A stretch of DNA of 64,000 nt from Clostridia bacterium (GCA_017479865.1 JAFVBS010000004.1:10188-74187); one strand, 5' to 3'. Positions 1 through 10,781 are shown, numbered from the stretch's first letter. The notes: a model not told the origin generated them from the letters alone. Program-made: numbers and translations.

Positions 1-684
1 TTTTGAACAACGGTATAGTTTATTTTGAAATAAAATATAAAGGTGGTTTTTGCCCTGTAAAACATCATAACTAAAAATGTCGATGTTAGTATTGATGGAA
101 AATTGTTCTTCTGATTCTTGTGTAATTTGAAACTGAATATCAGGCTCTTGCTCTATAAATTGGACTGTTTTTTCTATGTTTCCTTTTTGAAATGCTATTT
201 CTTTATGGCTCACGGCATCAAAGAAGTCATCTAGTCCTGTGTTAGATAAAATAATGGTATCTAGTGATAAGTTTTTTCCATAGTAAGTATAGTCTCCAGT
301 TGCTTCATCGGTATATTTCATAATTTCTGCATATTTTAATAGAAATGCTAAAATTGGTTTTGTTTGCTCAGTAAATGATGCCTCTTCATGAAGTAGGTTT
401 AATTTTGCTCCATATTGGTAAACTTCATGATTTAGCATTTTGTCATAAAAGTCTGTTAGATTCTTAATTTTATAGAATTGTTTATTGCCAATGCGAAATT
501 CTACTTTTAATTGTTTTTTAAATTCGTTATAAAATACTTTTGGGATAATTTGAATGTCAGTATCTAAGTGTGCTTCATTTTCTTGCTTTGAGTTTGTTTC
601 TTCTTGTGGCAAAAAAGTTGTCAGAAGTTGCTTAAATACTCTATGATTTTCTCTTTCACGAATCTCATTGTTATCAGATACCAT
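1..684 (-). CDS. 5' part of a SNF2-family helicase gene (N-terminal SNF2 helicase-associated domain); continues past the left edge
   Basis: Not in the ORF track because it is open to the edge. Own translation from ATG at 684 (RBS GGGAGG, 6 nt upstream): MVSDNNEIRERENHRVFKQLL...FRIGNKQFYKIKNLTDFYDKMLNHEVYQYGAKLNLLHEEASF. This resembles bacterial SNF2_assoc N-termini from memory. Confidence 0.45.
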   Translation of the reverse strand, partial: MVSDNNEIRERENHRVFKQLLTTFLPQEETNSKQENEAHLDTDIQIIPKVFYNEFKKQLKVEFRIGNKQFYKIKNLTDFYDKMLNHEVYQYGAKLNLLHEEASFTEQTKPILAFLLKYAEIMKYTDEATGDYTYYGKNLSLDTIILSNTGLDDFFDAVSHKEIAFQKGNIEKTVQFIEQEPDIQFQITQESEEQFSINTNIDIFSYDVLQGKNHLYILFQNKLYRCSK

Positions 685-828
685 GATTTTCCTCCCACAA
701 ATTTATCAAGTAATTATTATATCACAGAAGCCTTTATTTGGCAAGGAAATTTCAAGAAGTTGCATTTTATGTAGAATTGCAAAAAAAGAAAGAAGGACAT
801 GGAAATTTTAAAGAATTAAAGCAGATTG

Positions 829-858
829 AAAAAGGGACACAACTTTTTAGTTGTGTCC
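829..858 (-). terminator. Rho-independent terminator downstream of topA
   Basis: Stem GGACACAAC (835-843) pairs with GTTGTGTCC (850-858) around a 6-nt loop. A U-run follows on the minus sense (plus-strand AAAAAG, 829-834). Confidence 0.7.
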
Positions 859-903
859 TATAAATCATATACATTTTTTCCATTGTTTTGTTAAGTTGTT
901 TTT

Positions 904-2991
904 TTACTCTTTCTTTTTTCTTGTTGCAGTCTTTTTCGTTTTGGTACTTGCTTTTTTAGCTCTTGTTTTTGTCTTAGTTGTTTTTTTGGTTTTATTTTCT
1001 TCCGGAGTCCATACTTCCCCTATTTTTGGTTTGTTCCATGAAATGTACTCACAAGAAGTTCCGTTGTTTTCACAAACATAGAATTTCCTGCCTCTTTTTG
1101 TTTTTTTCACTTGCACTTTTCCTCCACAAACAGGGCATGGTTCTTCAATGGTTTCGACAATTGGCTTGGCATTTTTGCATTCAGGATATCCTGGGCAAGC
1201 TAAAAATTTGCCATATCTTCCATATTTGTAAACCATCATTCTACCACATTTTTCGCATGGAATGTCAGAAACTTCTTCAATGAGTTCCACATGTTCTAGC
1301 TCTTTTTCCACTTTTTCTACTTGCTTTTCAAATGGTCCATAAAACTCGCGGATGACTTGTTTCCATGGTTCTTTTCCCTCTGCTACTTCATCAAATTCTT
1401 CTTCTATTTTGGCAGTAAACTCTACATTAATAATATCAGAAAAGTTTTCAACCAGTAGTCCATTGACTATTTTTCCAAGTTCTGTTGGTACGAGTTGTTT
1501 TTGTTCTTTTTCAATATAGCGTCTTTCCAAAATTGTTGTAATCGTTGGAGAATAGGTACTTGGTCTACCAATGCCTTTTTCTTCTAGTGCTTTGACTAAG
1601 CTTGCTTCAGTGTATCTTGCTGGTGCCAAAGTAAAGCTTTGTTTTGACTCCAATTTTTCTTTTTTAACTTCTTGCCTTACAGTTAACTCAGGAATGGAAG
1701 TATTCTCCTCTTCCTTTTCTCCTTCCAATGTTTCTACGTATAACGCCATAAAGCCTTTGAATTTTAATGTTTGACCGGTGCTTCTGAATTGATAATGATT
1801 GGCTTCAATGGTGGCAGAAACCGTATCATAAATTGCTTGTGCCATTTGGCTGGCAATAAAACGATGATAGATTAAACGATAAAGTTTAAATTGGTCATTG
1901 GTTAAGTAGTTTTTAATTGTTTCTGGTTCTAAGTCAATATAAGTTGGGCGAATGGCTTCGTGAGCATCTTGTGCATTTTGCTTTGTTTTGTAATAGCGAT
2001 TTTCGTAATACGAGTTACCGTATTTACTAATGATATGATTTTTCGCAGCGGCTCTTGCTTCTTCTGAAATTCTAGTAGAGTCTGTTCTCATGTAAGTAAT
2101 TAAGCCTACCGTTCCCCTCTCTCCTACATGAACACCTTCATAAAGTCCTTGTGCTACTGACATGGTTTTCTTTAATGTAAATCCTAATTTACGAGATGCT
2201 TCTTGTTGCATAGTACTTGTAGTAAATGGTGGTGCTGGTGTTCTTTTCTTTTCTCCTTTTTTGACATCTGTGACTTGATATTTGGCTTTTTCTATTTGAT
2301 TTAGAATTTGTTTTACTTCTTCCTCAGTATGAATTTCTAGCTTTTTTCCTTCCTTCCCATAAAGGCTGGCTAAAAATTTCTTTTTGCTATTAGGTTCTAG
2401 GAGAGTTACGTAAATGTTCCAATACTCTTCTGGAATAAATTTTTCAATTTCTTCTTCTCTGTCCACAATTAATTTGACAGCAACAGATTGCACCCTTCCT
2501 GCAGATAGCCCTCTTTTTACTTTTTTCCATAGAACGGGGCTCATTTTGTATCCTACAATTCTGTCGAGCACTCTACGCGCTTGTTGTGCATCTGTTAAAT
2601 TCATATCAATTTTTCTTGGTTGCTTGATAGAATTTTGCACGGTTTCTTTGGTAATTTCATTAAAAGTAACTCTACAAACGCTATCCTCCGGAATTTCTAA
2701 AATATGGGCTAAATGCCAAGCAATTGCCTCTCCTTCGCGGTCAGGGTCGGTTGCTAAATACACTTTTTTAGCAGCCTTTGCTTCTTTTTTTAGTGTTTTA
2801 ATTAGGTCTCCTTTTCCACGAATATTAATATATTCTGGTTCAAAATTGTGTTCTACATCTATACCAAGCTTTGATTTTGGTAAATCTCTAATATGACCCA
2901 TGGAGGCTAGCACCTTGGTATTGCCTCCTAAAAACTTTTTAATGGTGTTGGCCTTGGCTGGTGATTCCACAATGATTAATTTATCTGCCAT
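904..2991 (-). CDS. topA: DNA topoisomerase I
   Basis: 695-aa ORF. Toprim start MADKLIIVESPAKA, DPDREGE motif, C-terminal zinc ribbons (CEKCGRMM..CPGYPECK, CPVCGGK), lysine-rich tail. Confidence 0.95.
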   Translation of the reverse strand: MADKLIIVESPAKANTIKKFLGGNTKVLASMGHIRDLPKSKLGIDVEHNFEPEYINIRGKGDLIKTLKKEAKAAKKVYLATDPDREGEAIAWHLAHILEIPEDSVCRVTFNEITKETVQNSIKQPRKIDMNLTDAQQARRVLDRIVGYKMSPVLWKKVKRGLSAGRVQSVAVKLIVDREEEIEKFIPEEYWNIYVTLLEPNSKKKFLASLYGKEGKKLEIHTEEEVKQILNQIEKAKYQVTDVKKGEKKRTPAPPFTTSTMQQEASRKLGFTLKKTMSVAQGLYEGVHVGERGTVGLITYMRTDSTRISEEARAAAKNHIISKYGNSYYENRYYKTKQNAQDAHEAIRPTYIDLEPETIKNYLTNDQFKLYRLIYHRFIASQMAQAIYDTVSATIEANHYQFRSTGQTLKFKGFMALYVETLEGEKEEENTSIPELTVRQEVKKEKLESKQSFTLAPARYTEASLVKALEEKGIGRPSTYSPTITTILERRYIEKEQKQLVPTELGKIVNGLLVENFSDIINVEFTAKIEEEFDEVAEGKEPWKQVIREFYGPFEKQVEKVEKELEHVELIEEVSDIPCEKCGRMMVYKYGRYGKFLACPGYPECKNAKPIVETIEEPCPVCGGKVQVKKTKRGRKFYVCENNGTSCEYISWNKPKIGEVWTPEENKTKKTTKTKTRAKKASTKTKKTATRKKKE

Positions 2992-3139
2992 TGATTTTCT
3001 CCTTTTTTTCTTTAAACGATAATATCATAGCCTATTTTCTTTTTTTTGGCAAGTGTTTTTTATCCTTAAATATAAATCTTTTAACTTAATGAAAAAGAAT
3101 ATAGTAAATTCTTTTCTTACTATATTCTTCTTTTCATTT

Positions 3140-3454
3140 TTATTCCATTATTAAATCTTCTAGTACATATTTTAAGTCAATTGGTGTTACTTTATTTTTT
3201 AATAAAATGTTTAATAAATTTTCTACTTCTTCTTTTTGCTCACAGATATGATTAAATTCTTGTTTTTCTTCATTTACTTCATTAATTCCAATTTCTGTTT
3301 TGATAATTCCAACGCCATATTGTTTTTCATTTTGTTTGAAATGTTTGTTTTTCGTTGTATAGTACTTTAACCTAATCGTTCTGGGGTTTCCTATGTCCTC
3401 TACACTTTCTTTTTCAATGGTGGTTTCCCCATAAAACTTTTTCAGTCCATACAT
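3140..3454 (-). CDS. hypothetical protein (104 aa)
   Basis: Clean ORF with an RBS-like AAGGGGAG upstream. I recognise no domain. Confidence 0.5.
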   Translation of the reverse strand: MYGLKKFYGETTIEKESVEDIGNPRTIRLKYYTTKNKHFKQNEKQYGVGIIKTEIGINEVNEEKQEFNHICEQKEEVENLLNILLKNKVTPIDLKYVLEDLIME

Positions 3455-3551
3455 GACTTAATGCTCCCCTTTCTTTTTTTCATTCGTATGGAATGAATTC
3501 TATCAAACCTCATCATAAAAGACAAGCATTTTCGTATGACAAATTTCGACA

Positions 3552-4658
3552 TTAGTTTTTTAGTTCCTGATATATCTTTTCTTCGACATTTGGAATAGCA
3601 ATGGTATTTGCTTTTTGACCCATTTGCAATAATTTTTGCTTATCCTTTACCATGTCATGAATTTGTTTATCTAAAATTTCTGCAGTTAAGTTTTTATCTA
3701 AAATAATTTTTGCAGCCCCCACCTTTTCTAGTACCTTCGCATTATATTCTTGATGGTTTTCTGTTGCAAATGGAAAAGGAATGAAAATGGCTGGCTTACC
3801 CACATTAGCCACCTCAGTAATCGTCATGGCGCCACTTCTGCAAACCACTAAGTCTACCATGTTCATTACTTCTTCCATGTTATAAATATATGGTACAATT
3901 TTAACATTTGGAATTGATTCAATGTCCATTTGATTTTCTGCTAGCTTTTGTTTCGTTACCTCATATTGTGCTGGCCCCGCGGCCCAAATAATTTGATAAG
4001 TATCATTTTTTCCTTCTAAAATGATTTTCATAAGGCTTTCGTTAATGGTTTTTGCTCCTTGGCTTCCTCCAAAACATAATATAATTGGTTTGCTGTCATT
4101 CAGACCTAAAGCTTGTAACATTTGCTTTTTTTGTAGTTCTGATACTTGTTGCTTTTTTACTTTTGTTGGAGTTCCTGTGACAACCACCTTTTTCGCCTTT
4201 GAAAGCCTTGTCTTAGCATCTTCAAATCCTACTAACACTTTATTTGCTTTTTTGGCAAGCATTTTCACAGCAACTCCTGGGAAGGCATTGCTTTCGTGAA
4301 GAATGAGTGGCACTCTTTCTTTTTTTGCTGCTAATCCCACTGGCACACAAATATAGCCACCAGTTCCAATAACAACATCTGGGTGGAATTGTTTGATGGT
4401 TTTTCGCATTTCCCCTACACAGCGAAATGTTTGAACAATTTTTTTGAAATTATCAATGGAAATTTGTCTATTAAATCCATAAGCATTAATTTGTTTTAAT
4501 TGATATCCTGCTCTTGGTACCAGGTCATTTTCTAACCCACGGTTCGTTCCTACAAATAGAATTTCTGAGTTCGGCTCTTTTTCTTTAATTTTATTAGCAA
4601 TGGCTAAGCCTGGATTAATGTGGCCTCCAGTACCTGCTGCTGCAATGATGACTTTCAT
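3552..4658 (-). CDS. murG: UDP-N-acetylglucosamine--N-acetylmuramyl-(pentapeptide) pyrophosphoryl-undecaprenol GlcNAc transferase
   Basis: 368 aa. MKVIIAAAGTGGHINPGLAIA start is the typical MurG G-loop. Sits in the dcw cluster. Confidence 0.93.
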   Translation of the reverse strand: MKVIIAAAGTGGHINPGLAIANKIKEKEPNSEILFVGTNRGLENDLVPRAGYQLKQINAYGFNRQISIDNFKKIVQTFRCVGEMRKTIKQFHPDVVIGTGGYICVPVGLAAKKERVPLILHESNAFPGVAVKMLAKKANKVLVGFEDAKTRLSKAKKVVVTGTPTKVKKQQVSELQKKQMLQALGLNDSKPIILCFGGSQGAKTINESLMKIILEGKNDTYQIIWAAGPAQYEVTKQKLAENQMDIESIPNVKIVPYIYNMEEVMNMVDLVVCRSGAMTITEVANVGKPAIFIPFPFATENHQEYNAKVLEKVGAAKIILDKNLTAEILDKQIHDMVKDKQKLLQMGQKANTIAIPNVEEKIYQELKN

Positions 4659-4794
4659 AACTATTCTCCTATCACTTAGTGTTTTTTGATAAGTGCATCT
4701 ATGATTTATGCAATGACGAATGCGATTGAAACAATAGTGAATTGATATTCTTAGTTTCTTGTAATATTAGTCTTAAAAATAGTAATATAATTTT

Positions 4795-5949
4795 TTAAAC
4801 CTTTGATGAAGTTCGTGAAATATTAAGCAATATTCCGCAACTGCAAAGTAAAATAAATAATGCAGTTCCTCCATAGCTAAAGAATGGTAATGAAATTCCT
4901 GTGTTTGGAATAGAAGAAGTCACAACAGCAATATTTAAAATTACTTGAATTGCTACAAGGCTGGTAATTCCTGTTGCCATCAAACTTCCAAAAGAATCTG
5001 GCGCTTTGATAGCAATTAAAATTCCCCTCCAGATGAAAATACCAAAAATTGCAATGATAATTGCACATCCAATAAATCCCAATTCTTCTGCTACAATGGA
5101 GAAAATGAAATCGTTTTGTGGCTCAGAAATATATAAATATTTTTGTTTGCTTTCTCCTAAGCCTACTCCAAAAAGTCCTCCTGAACCAATGGCATACAAG
5201 CTTTGTACCACTTGCCACCCAGTTCCCATTTTATCTTCAAAAGGATCTAAGAATGATACAATTCTGGTGAGACGAAAACCTCCATCTCCTCCACTATTTA
5301 GTTTATGAATTAAATATGCTCCTATTCCTCCTGCTCCGACAACTCCTGATAAAATAAAGTGTAATAATCTTGCTCCTGCCATAATCATCATCACACAAGT
5401 AATCATTCCCATAATTAATGAGGCACTTAAATGGTTTTGTATAAAATATAAAATTGCAATTGGGGGAATTAAAAAGGCTAAAGGTCTGACAAATCCCTTC
5501 CAAAAGTCTCTCATTTCATTTTTATGGTCTGTTAAATATCCTGCATAGAACACAATAAGCCCTATTTTGGTTAATTCTGATGGTTGAAATTGTCCAAGTC
5601 CTGGAATAGCCACCCATCTTTTGGCCCCTCCAGACTCAATTCCTAAGCCTGGTATCTCAACCAATAATAAAATAATCCATGACGCAAAATAAATTGGCCA
5701 ATAGAATTTTTTAAAAATATGATAATCTATTTTTGAAATAACAAACATTGCAGCAAGCCCCAAAAGGCCAAACATCAGCTGTCTTCCTGCATAAACATAT
5801 GGTTTTCCTGATTCTGCTAATGCCGATGGTGCAGAAGCAGAAAGCACCATGACAATTCCTAAGGCAAGTAGAATAAAAATGACAAGACAAAGGATAAAGT
5901 CAAATGGTTGATTGGTAAATTTCGCAAATTTTTTCTCTTTTTTCTTCAT
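4795..5949 (-). CDS. ftsW: SEDS-family peptidoglycan polymerase FtsW/SpoVE
   Basis: Multi-TM SEDS sequence (..LPFFSYGGTALF..). I chose the internal start MKKKEKKF at 5949, because the ORF-track start at 6033 overlaps the mraY 3' end. Confidence 0.9.
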   Translation of the reverse strand: MKKKEKKFAKFTNQPFDFILCLVIFILLALGIVMVLSASAPSALAESGKPYVYAGRQLMFGLLGLAAMFVISKIDYHIFKKFYWPIYFASWIILLLVEIPGLGIESGGAKRWVAIPGLGQFQPSELTKIGLIVFYAGYLTDHKNEMRDFWKGFVRPLAFLIPPIAILYFIQNHLSASLIMGMITCVMMIMAGARLLHFILSGVVGAGGIGAYLIHKLNSGGDGGFRLTRIVSFLDPFEDKMGTGWQVVQSLYAIGSGGLFGVGLGESKQKYLYISEPQNDFIFSIVAEELGFIGCAIIIAIFGIFIWRGILIAIKAPDSFGSLMATGITSLVAIQVILNIAVVTSSIPNTGISLPFFSYGGTALFILLCSCGILLNISRTSSKV

Positions 5950-6002
5950 GTTTCCTTCGAATTCCTTTCTTTTCTTGAAACTAGCTTGATTCAAACTAAC
6001 TT

Positions 6003-6992
6003 TCAAATTGCCATGAGTCCTACAATGCAACAAATTAATGTAATGAAGCTAAATACAGATACTATTTTATTTTCCTTCCAGCCTGACAATTCAAAATGAT
6101 GGTGAATTGGCGTCATTTTAAAAATTCTTTCCCCTGTTCTTTTAAAATGTCTTACTTGTATCATAACAGATAATGTTTCTAGCACTGGCACAAGTGCAAT
6201 GATGATTAATAGCAATGGCATTTTTAAGTATAATGCCATGCTCGCAATGGCACCCCCTAATAGTAACGAACCTGTATCTCCCATCATGACTTTTGCTGGA
6301 TGAAGATTGAATAGCAAAAAGGCTAAGCAACTTCCAATTAATATACTGCCAAAAATGGTAATTTCTTTGATTCCAAAGATAATTCCAATGACGGTTAAGC
6401 AAGTTAAAATAATAGTAGTTACACTCGTAGAAAGCCCATCAATTCCGTCAGTTAAGTTGACTGCATTAGTCGTTGCTAGCATAACCAAAACAGCAAAAGG
6501 AATATAAAGCCAAATAGGAAGTGTAATAGAAATTTTTGCAAAAGGAATGTAAGTATCGGTTCCTATTTGTAATACTTGTGTTAAATAAAGGCTAAAGGCA
6601 ACCGCTACAATGAGAAGTCCTAACATTTTATAGGCTGGCTTAAGTCCATCTGTATTTTTTCCAATGAGTTTTTTTAAGTCATCAATCAATCCAATCATTC
6701 CAAATCCAATGGTGACTGCAATCATAGGAATTAATTTTTTTGCCATTTTTATTTCTTGTAAATCTGTCCCACGGCTATAGTCCATCACAAGGAAAGTTCC
6801 AACCGCTAGAATGGTGAGTATCATAATAATTCCACCCATTGTTGGAGTTCCTTGCTTTTTTAGATGGGATTGTGGTCCCTCTTTTCTTTCTAATTGACCT
6901 ACTTTTAATTTTTTTAAAATAGGGATTACAATAATTGCAATCACGAAACTAATAGCAAATGATAATAAAATTACTTTTGTTTGAAATTCCAT
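6003..6992 (-). CDS. mraY: phospho-N-acetylmuramoyl-pentapeptide transferase
   Basis: 329 aa. Motifs GTPTMGG, NAVNLTDGIDGL and MGDTGSL..GG. Confidence 0.95.
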   Translation of the reverse strand: MEFQTKVILLSFAISFVIAIIVIPILKKLKVGQLERKEGPQSHLKKQGTPTMGGIIMILTILAVGTFLVMDYSRGTDLQEIKMAKKLIPMIAVTIGFGMIGLIDDLKKLIGKNTDGLKPAYKMLGLLIVAVAFSLYLTQVLQIGTDTYIPFAKISITLPIWLYIPFAVLVMLATTNAVNLTDGIDGLSTSVTTIILTCLTVIGIIFGIKEITIFGSILIGSCLAFLLFNLHPAKVMMGDTGSLLLGGAIASMALYLKMPLLLIIIALVPVLETLSVMIQVRHFKRTGERIFKMTPIHHHFELSGWKENKIVSVFSFITLICCIVGLMAI

Positions 6993-7073
6993 TTTTTTAT
7001 TTCCTTTCTCAAGGTGTAAATTTGTTTGAAAAATTATTTTTCAATTTTTTCCTTCGTTTTATTTTTTTAATCA

Positions 7074-8546
7074 TTAACCTTCTAAAATTTCTTTCACAAT
7101 TTTTCTTTCATCAAAGGGATATTTTTTTCCTTGAATTTCTTGAGTGAGTTCATGTCCTTTTCCCGCAATAACAACGATGTCATTTTTATGTGCCATCTCA
7201 ATTGCTCTGCGGATGGCTTGTTTTCTATCAACAATGCATTCATATTGTCCTTTTGTTTGCTGCATTCCAGCTTCAATTTCTTTTACAATTGCTTCTGGAT
7301 TTTCACTTCTTGGATTATCAGAGGTAATAATGGTGTAATCTGCTAATTTTCCTGCAATTTCTCCCATAATTGGTCTTTTTCCACCATCTCTATCTCCGCC
7401 ACATCCAAACACGCAAATTACCTTCCCTAATGTATATGCTTTGACAGTAGCTAAAATATTTTCTAAACTCTCTGGACTATGAGCATAGTCAATCATGATA
7501 GTTTTTTCTTTTTCATTATCCACTAACTCGCTTCTTCCAGGAACACGCACTTCTAGCAGCGCCTCTTTAATATTTTCTGTAGTAACTCCAAATTTTAAAG
7601 CAATGCTAATGGCAGCTAAGGAGTTATATACGCTAAATCTTCCTGGAATTCCTGTTTTAATTCTCTCATTTTTGTTGCTCAATTTTACTTTAAAATCCAC
7701 ACTGGAATTAGTAACAGTAATATCTTTTGCTAACAAATTAGCAGGGTTATCAATTCCATAAGTTTTAAATTCACAATTTGGTACTAACTTTGGAAGCTTA
7801 CTAGCATAAATGTCATCACTATTAATATAGGCTAATTTGCACATGTGAAATAATTTTACCTTTGATGCGAAATAATCCTCCATAGTAGGATGCTCTTTGC
7901 TACTGATATGATCCTTAGAGAAATTAGTAAAAATACCAATGTCAAAATCACACCCATCTACTCTTGATAATTTTAAACTCTGAGAAGATACTTCCATCAC
8001 AACTGCATCACATTTTTCTTGTGCCATTTTCGCAAATAATTCTTGTAGTTCTAAGCTTTCTGGAGTAGTTCTACTATTATCTCCTAATTTTTCCGCTCCA
8101 ATATAGGTGCAAATTGTTCCAATGAGTCCTACCTTTAGCCCCTGTTTTTCTAGTAATGCTTTAATCATAAAGGTGGTTGTTGTTTTTCCCTTTGTTCCTG
8201 TAACACCAATCAATTTGAATTTGCGCGAAGGATTTTGATAATAGTTGCAAGCACAAATTGCAAGGCTATGTCTTGTATTCGGTACAAGAATAATAGTAAC
8301 ATCTTCTGGCCACTCTTTCACCATTTCTTTTGTTACCTTATCTTGTTGTGCCATAATAACTTTTGCCCCATTTCTTACTGCTTCGGGGATGTACTGATGC
8401 CCATCCTCTACAAAGCCGTCAATGGCAACAAACATATCTCCCTCTTGTACTTTACTTGAAATATTTTCTATCTTTGGAATGTCAATATCAAGGCTTCCTC
8501 TTACTTTTAGGCCCTCTAGTCCTGATAAAATACTTTTTAAATTCAT
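7074..8546 (-). CDS. murE: UDP-N-acetylmuramoyl-L-alanyl-D-glutamate--2,6-diaminopimelate ligase
   Basis: 490 aa Mur ligase. GVTGTKGKTTT P-loop; DNPR motif (ITSDNPRSE) as in meso-DAP-type MurE. Confidence 0.9.
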   Translation of the reverse strand: MNLKSILSGLEGLKVRGSLDIDIPKIENISSKVQEGDMFVAIDGFVEDGHQYIPEAVRNGAKVIMAQQDKVTKEMVKEWPEDVTIILVPNTRHSLAICACNYYQNPSRKFKLIGVTGTKGKTTTTFMIKALLEKQGLKVGLIGTICTYIGAEKLGDNSRTTPESLELQELFAKMAQEKCDAVVMEVSSQSLKLSRVDGCDFDIGIFTNFSKDHISSKEHPTMEDYFASKVKLFHMCKLAYINSDDIYASKLPKLVPNCEFKTYGIDNPANLLAKDITVTNSSVDFKVKLSNKNERIKTGIPGRFSVYNSLAAISIALKFGVTTENIKEALLEVRVPGRSELVDNEKEKTIMIDYAHSPESLENILATVKAYTLGKVICVFGCGGDRDGGKRPIMGEIAGKLADYTIITSDNPRSENPEAIVKEIEAGMQQTKGQYECIVDRKQAIRRAIEMAHKNDIVVIAGKGHELTQEIQGKKYPFDERKIVKEILEG

Positions 8547-8647
8547 ATTTCATTCCCAACCTTCTATGTTAATTTTCGCAATATTCTTTTTTGCTCTCAT
8601 TATATCACATGTTGTTTTTAGAAAGCAACTCATCTTGTTATGTTTCG

Positions 8648-8944
8648 TTATATTTTGACAATAATTTTCGTTCCCTCATAAACTTTAATTCCCTGTTTTG
8701 GAATTTGTTCCTGAATGATGGTTGTTTTTTTATCTAAGTTTTCTGGACTATTTTCAATTTGCATTTCTAGTCCCTTTTCTTTTAACACTTTTGTTGCTTC
8801 TTCGATTGTCATTTTCTCTATTTTTGGTACCTCTATCTCTTGTTTCATTTCTTCTTCAGTTACATTATCTTTTTGTAGGTCTAAATAAGGAAGTATTTCT
8901 GATAATACCTTTCCGCCTACAGGTGCTGCCACAGCACCTCCTTG
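8648..8944 (-). CDS. 3' segment of the split class B penicillin-binding protein gene (SpoVD/FtsI type): last transpeptidase residues plus a single PASTA domain
   Basis: Reads (H)QGGAVAAPVGGKVLSEILPYLDL...PASTA-like tail. It continues in frame from the segment ending at 30182 once 8945..30181 is removed. Confidence 0.85.
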   Translation of the reverse strand, partial: QGGAVAAPVGGKVLSEILPYLDLQKDNVTEEEMKQEIEVPKIEKMTIEEATKVLKEKGLEMQIENSPENLDKKTTIIQEQIPKQGIKVYEGTKIIVKI

Positions 8945-8963
8945 ATGTAATTTGTCGCTACAA
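8935..8963. repeat. attL-like junction: 10-bp core CACCTCCTTG (8935-8944) plus element arm with TTGTCGCTACAA (8952-8963)
   Basis: The core is identical to 30182-30191. The arm is the inverted complement of TTGTAGCGAC at 30159-30168. Confidence 0.8.
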
Positions 8964-9031
8964 AATTTAGCCTATTGTTTCAAAGATGTTTGTTTTATAT
9001 GTGGGACATTCCCTCATCATCACTGAATTCG

Positions 9032-10727
9032 CTACTTGTAAGAGGACTGTCCCCCTTTCCTTAGATAAGCAAAAATGTTATCCCACTCATTCATAAATTT
9101 AAAATGAATTGTTATTTTCTTATTCTCATATACCTCTATGTAATCTATTAATTCAGTTATAATATCTCTGTCCAATTCAGTTATATTTTTGTATTGTTTG
9201 AAGTTTTCTATCCATTTGCTATTACCATCAATCATTTCTTCTTGCTTTTCTTTTTGTTTGTCCAAATTTACAATAATTCCTTTTAGTCTTTCAATATCTT
9301 GTTCATATTTTTGTTTATATTCTAAATATTCTTCTCTTGTTATATCTCCACTTTTCCAATCTTCATATAAGCCTCTTTTTAAACTTCCTAGCCTTTCTAT
9401 TTCCTTTTCTTTATCCTGTTTAACACTTTCCATATTTGCACTTTCCAGCTGTTTTGTTTGCGATTTATTTACTCGCTCTAATATAGTTTCTGTATCAATT
9501 AATAATTCTATATGTAACTTTATTGCCTCTAATACACTATTTTCTAGTTCTTCCACTTTAAGAGTATGTTTTGTGCATAACTTACTGGACTTTTTTCTAT
9601 ATGTACCACAAATGTAATACTCGTAAACTGTGCCGCTTTTATTTTTGCAATATTTCTTGTGCATGCTACGTGCACAATCTGCACACTTTAAAATACCAGC
9701 CCACATGCTTAAAGTTCCACCATCTTGAACCCTTGTATCAACTTGTCTTAACCCTTGTGCTTTTTCAAATAACTCTTTGTCTATAATAGGCTCATGCATA
9801 TTTTCTACAGTAATCCATTCTTCTTCTGGAACTTGTTCAACTTTGTGTATTTTATAGCTTTTTACTTTTCTTTTGCCTTGTGTAACATTTCCAATGTAAA
9901 CATCATTCTTCAAAATATTTCTTACTGTTGATGGACACCATGAATAGTCTTCTTCCTTCATTTTAGAATTATTGTAATTTTGGCTTAGCTTATTTCTCTT
10001 ATATCCTGTTGGATTTAGCACTCCCATATCATTTAATCTATGGCATATTGATAAATTTCCTAGCCCTTCATTTACTTTCCATTCAAAAATTTTTCTTACA
10101 ATTTCGGCTGACTCTTCATCTACAATTAACTTATGATTATCTTCTGGATTTTTTATATATCCATACGCTGGAAATGCCCCTACAAATTCTCCGTTTTCTT
10201 TTTCTACCATTTAATGCCGATCTAATTTTTATTGATGTATCCCTACAATATTCATCATTTATTAAATTTTTAAATGGTACTAAAATTGTATTTGTGCTTG
10301 TAGGATTTTTAAAACTATCAACGCTATCATTTATTGCAATAAATCTAACATTGAATAGTGGAAATATTTGCTCTATATAATTTCCAACTTCTATATAGTT
10401 TCTTCCAAGCCTTGATAAATCTTTTACTAGAACACAATTAATATTTCCTTTTCTCATATCTTCTAAAAGCCTTTGAAAACCTGGTCTATTAAAATCTGTT
10501 CCTGTATATCCATCATCAACATAGCAATCATAAACAATCAAATCATCATGTTCTTCAACAAATTCATTTAATAATGCTTTTTGACTTGTTATACTATTAC
10601 TCTCTTGCTTGTCTTCTCCATTGTCGCTATCTTCTTGTGAAAGTCTTATGTATTCAGCTACTGACAAAATTTTAAGTCCATCAGCATTTGAATTTTCTGA
10701 AGAATACTTTGATTTTCTACCAGCCAT
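9032..10727 (-). CDS. large serine recombinase (resolvase domain, recombinase domain, zinc ribbon, coiled coil); needs a +1 shift at in-frame CGG 10193-10191
   Basis: ORFs 10137..10727 (..VAEYIRLSQED.., VKDLSRLGRN) and 9032..10210 (..GEFVGAFPAYGYIK.., CxxC..C zinc ribbon) are the two halves. Skipping the C gives ..ALNGRKRK-GEFVGAFPAYGY.., about 564 aa. Confidence 0.85.
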
Positions 10728-10781
10728 TTTTAACTTTTAACCTCCCTTCTTTTTATATTGTAAAGTGCTCAAAGTGAAATG

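Noticed and set aside
851-2896. Several plus-strand ORFs (76-160 aa) inside topA, and similar antisense ORFs inside murG, murE, the AAA+ gene, the giant adhesin, uvrC and others
   Set aside because: All are antisense to long, domain-bearing genes and translate to Phe/Leu/Ser/Ile-rich low-complexity sequence, as expected from the reverse strand of AT-rich coding DNA.
5950-6033. Longer ftsW start at 6033
   Set aside because: It would overlap the last 31 nt of mraY and adds a non-homologous leader. MKKKEKKF at 5949 is followed directly by the first TM helix.
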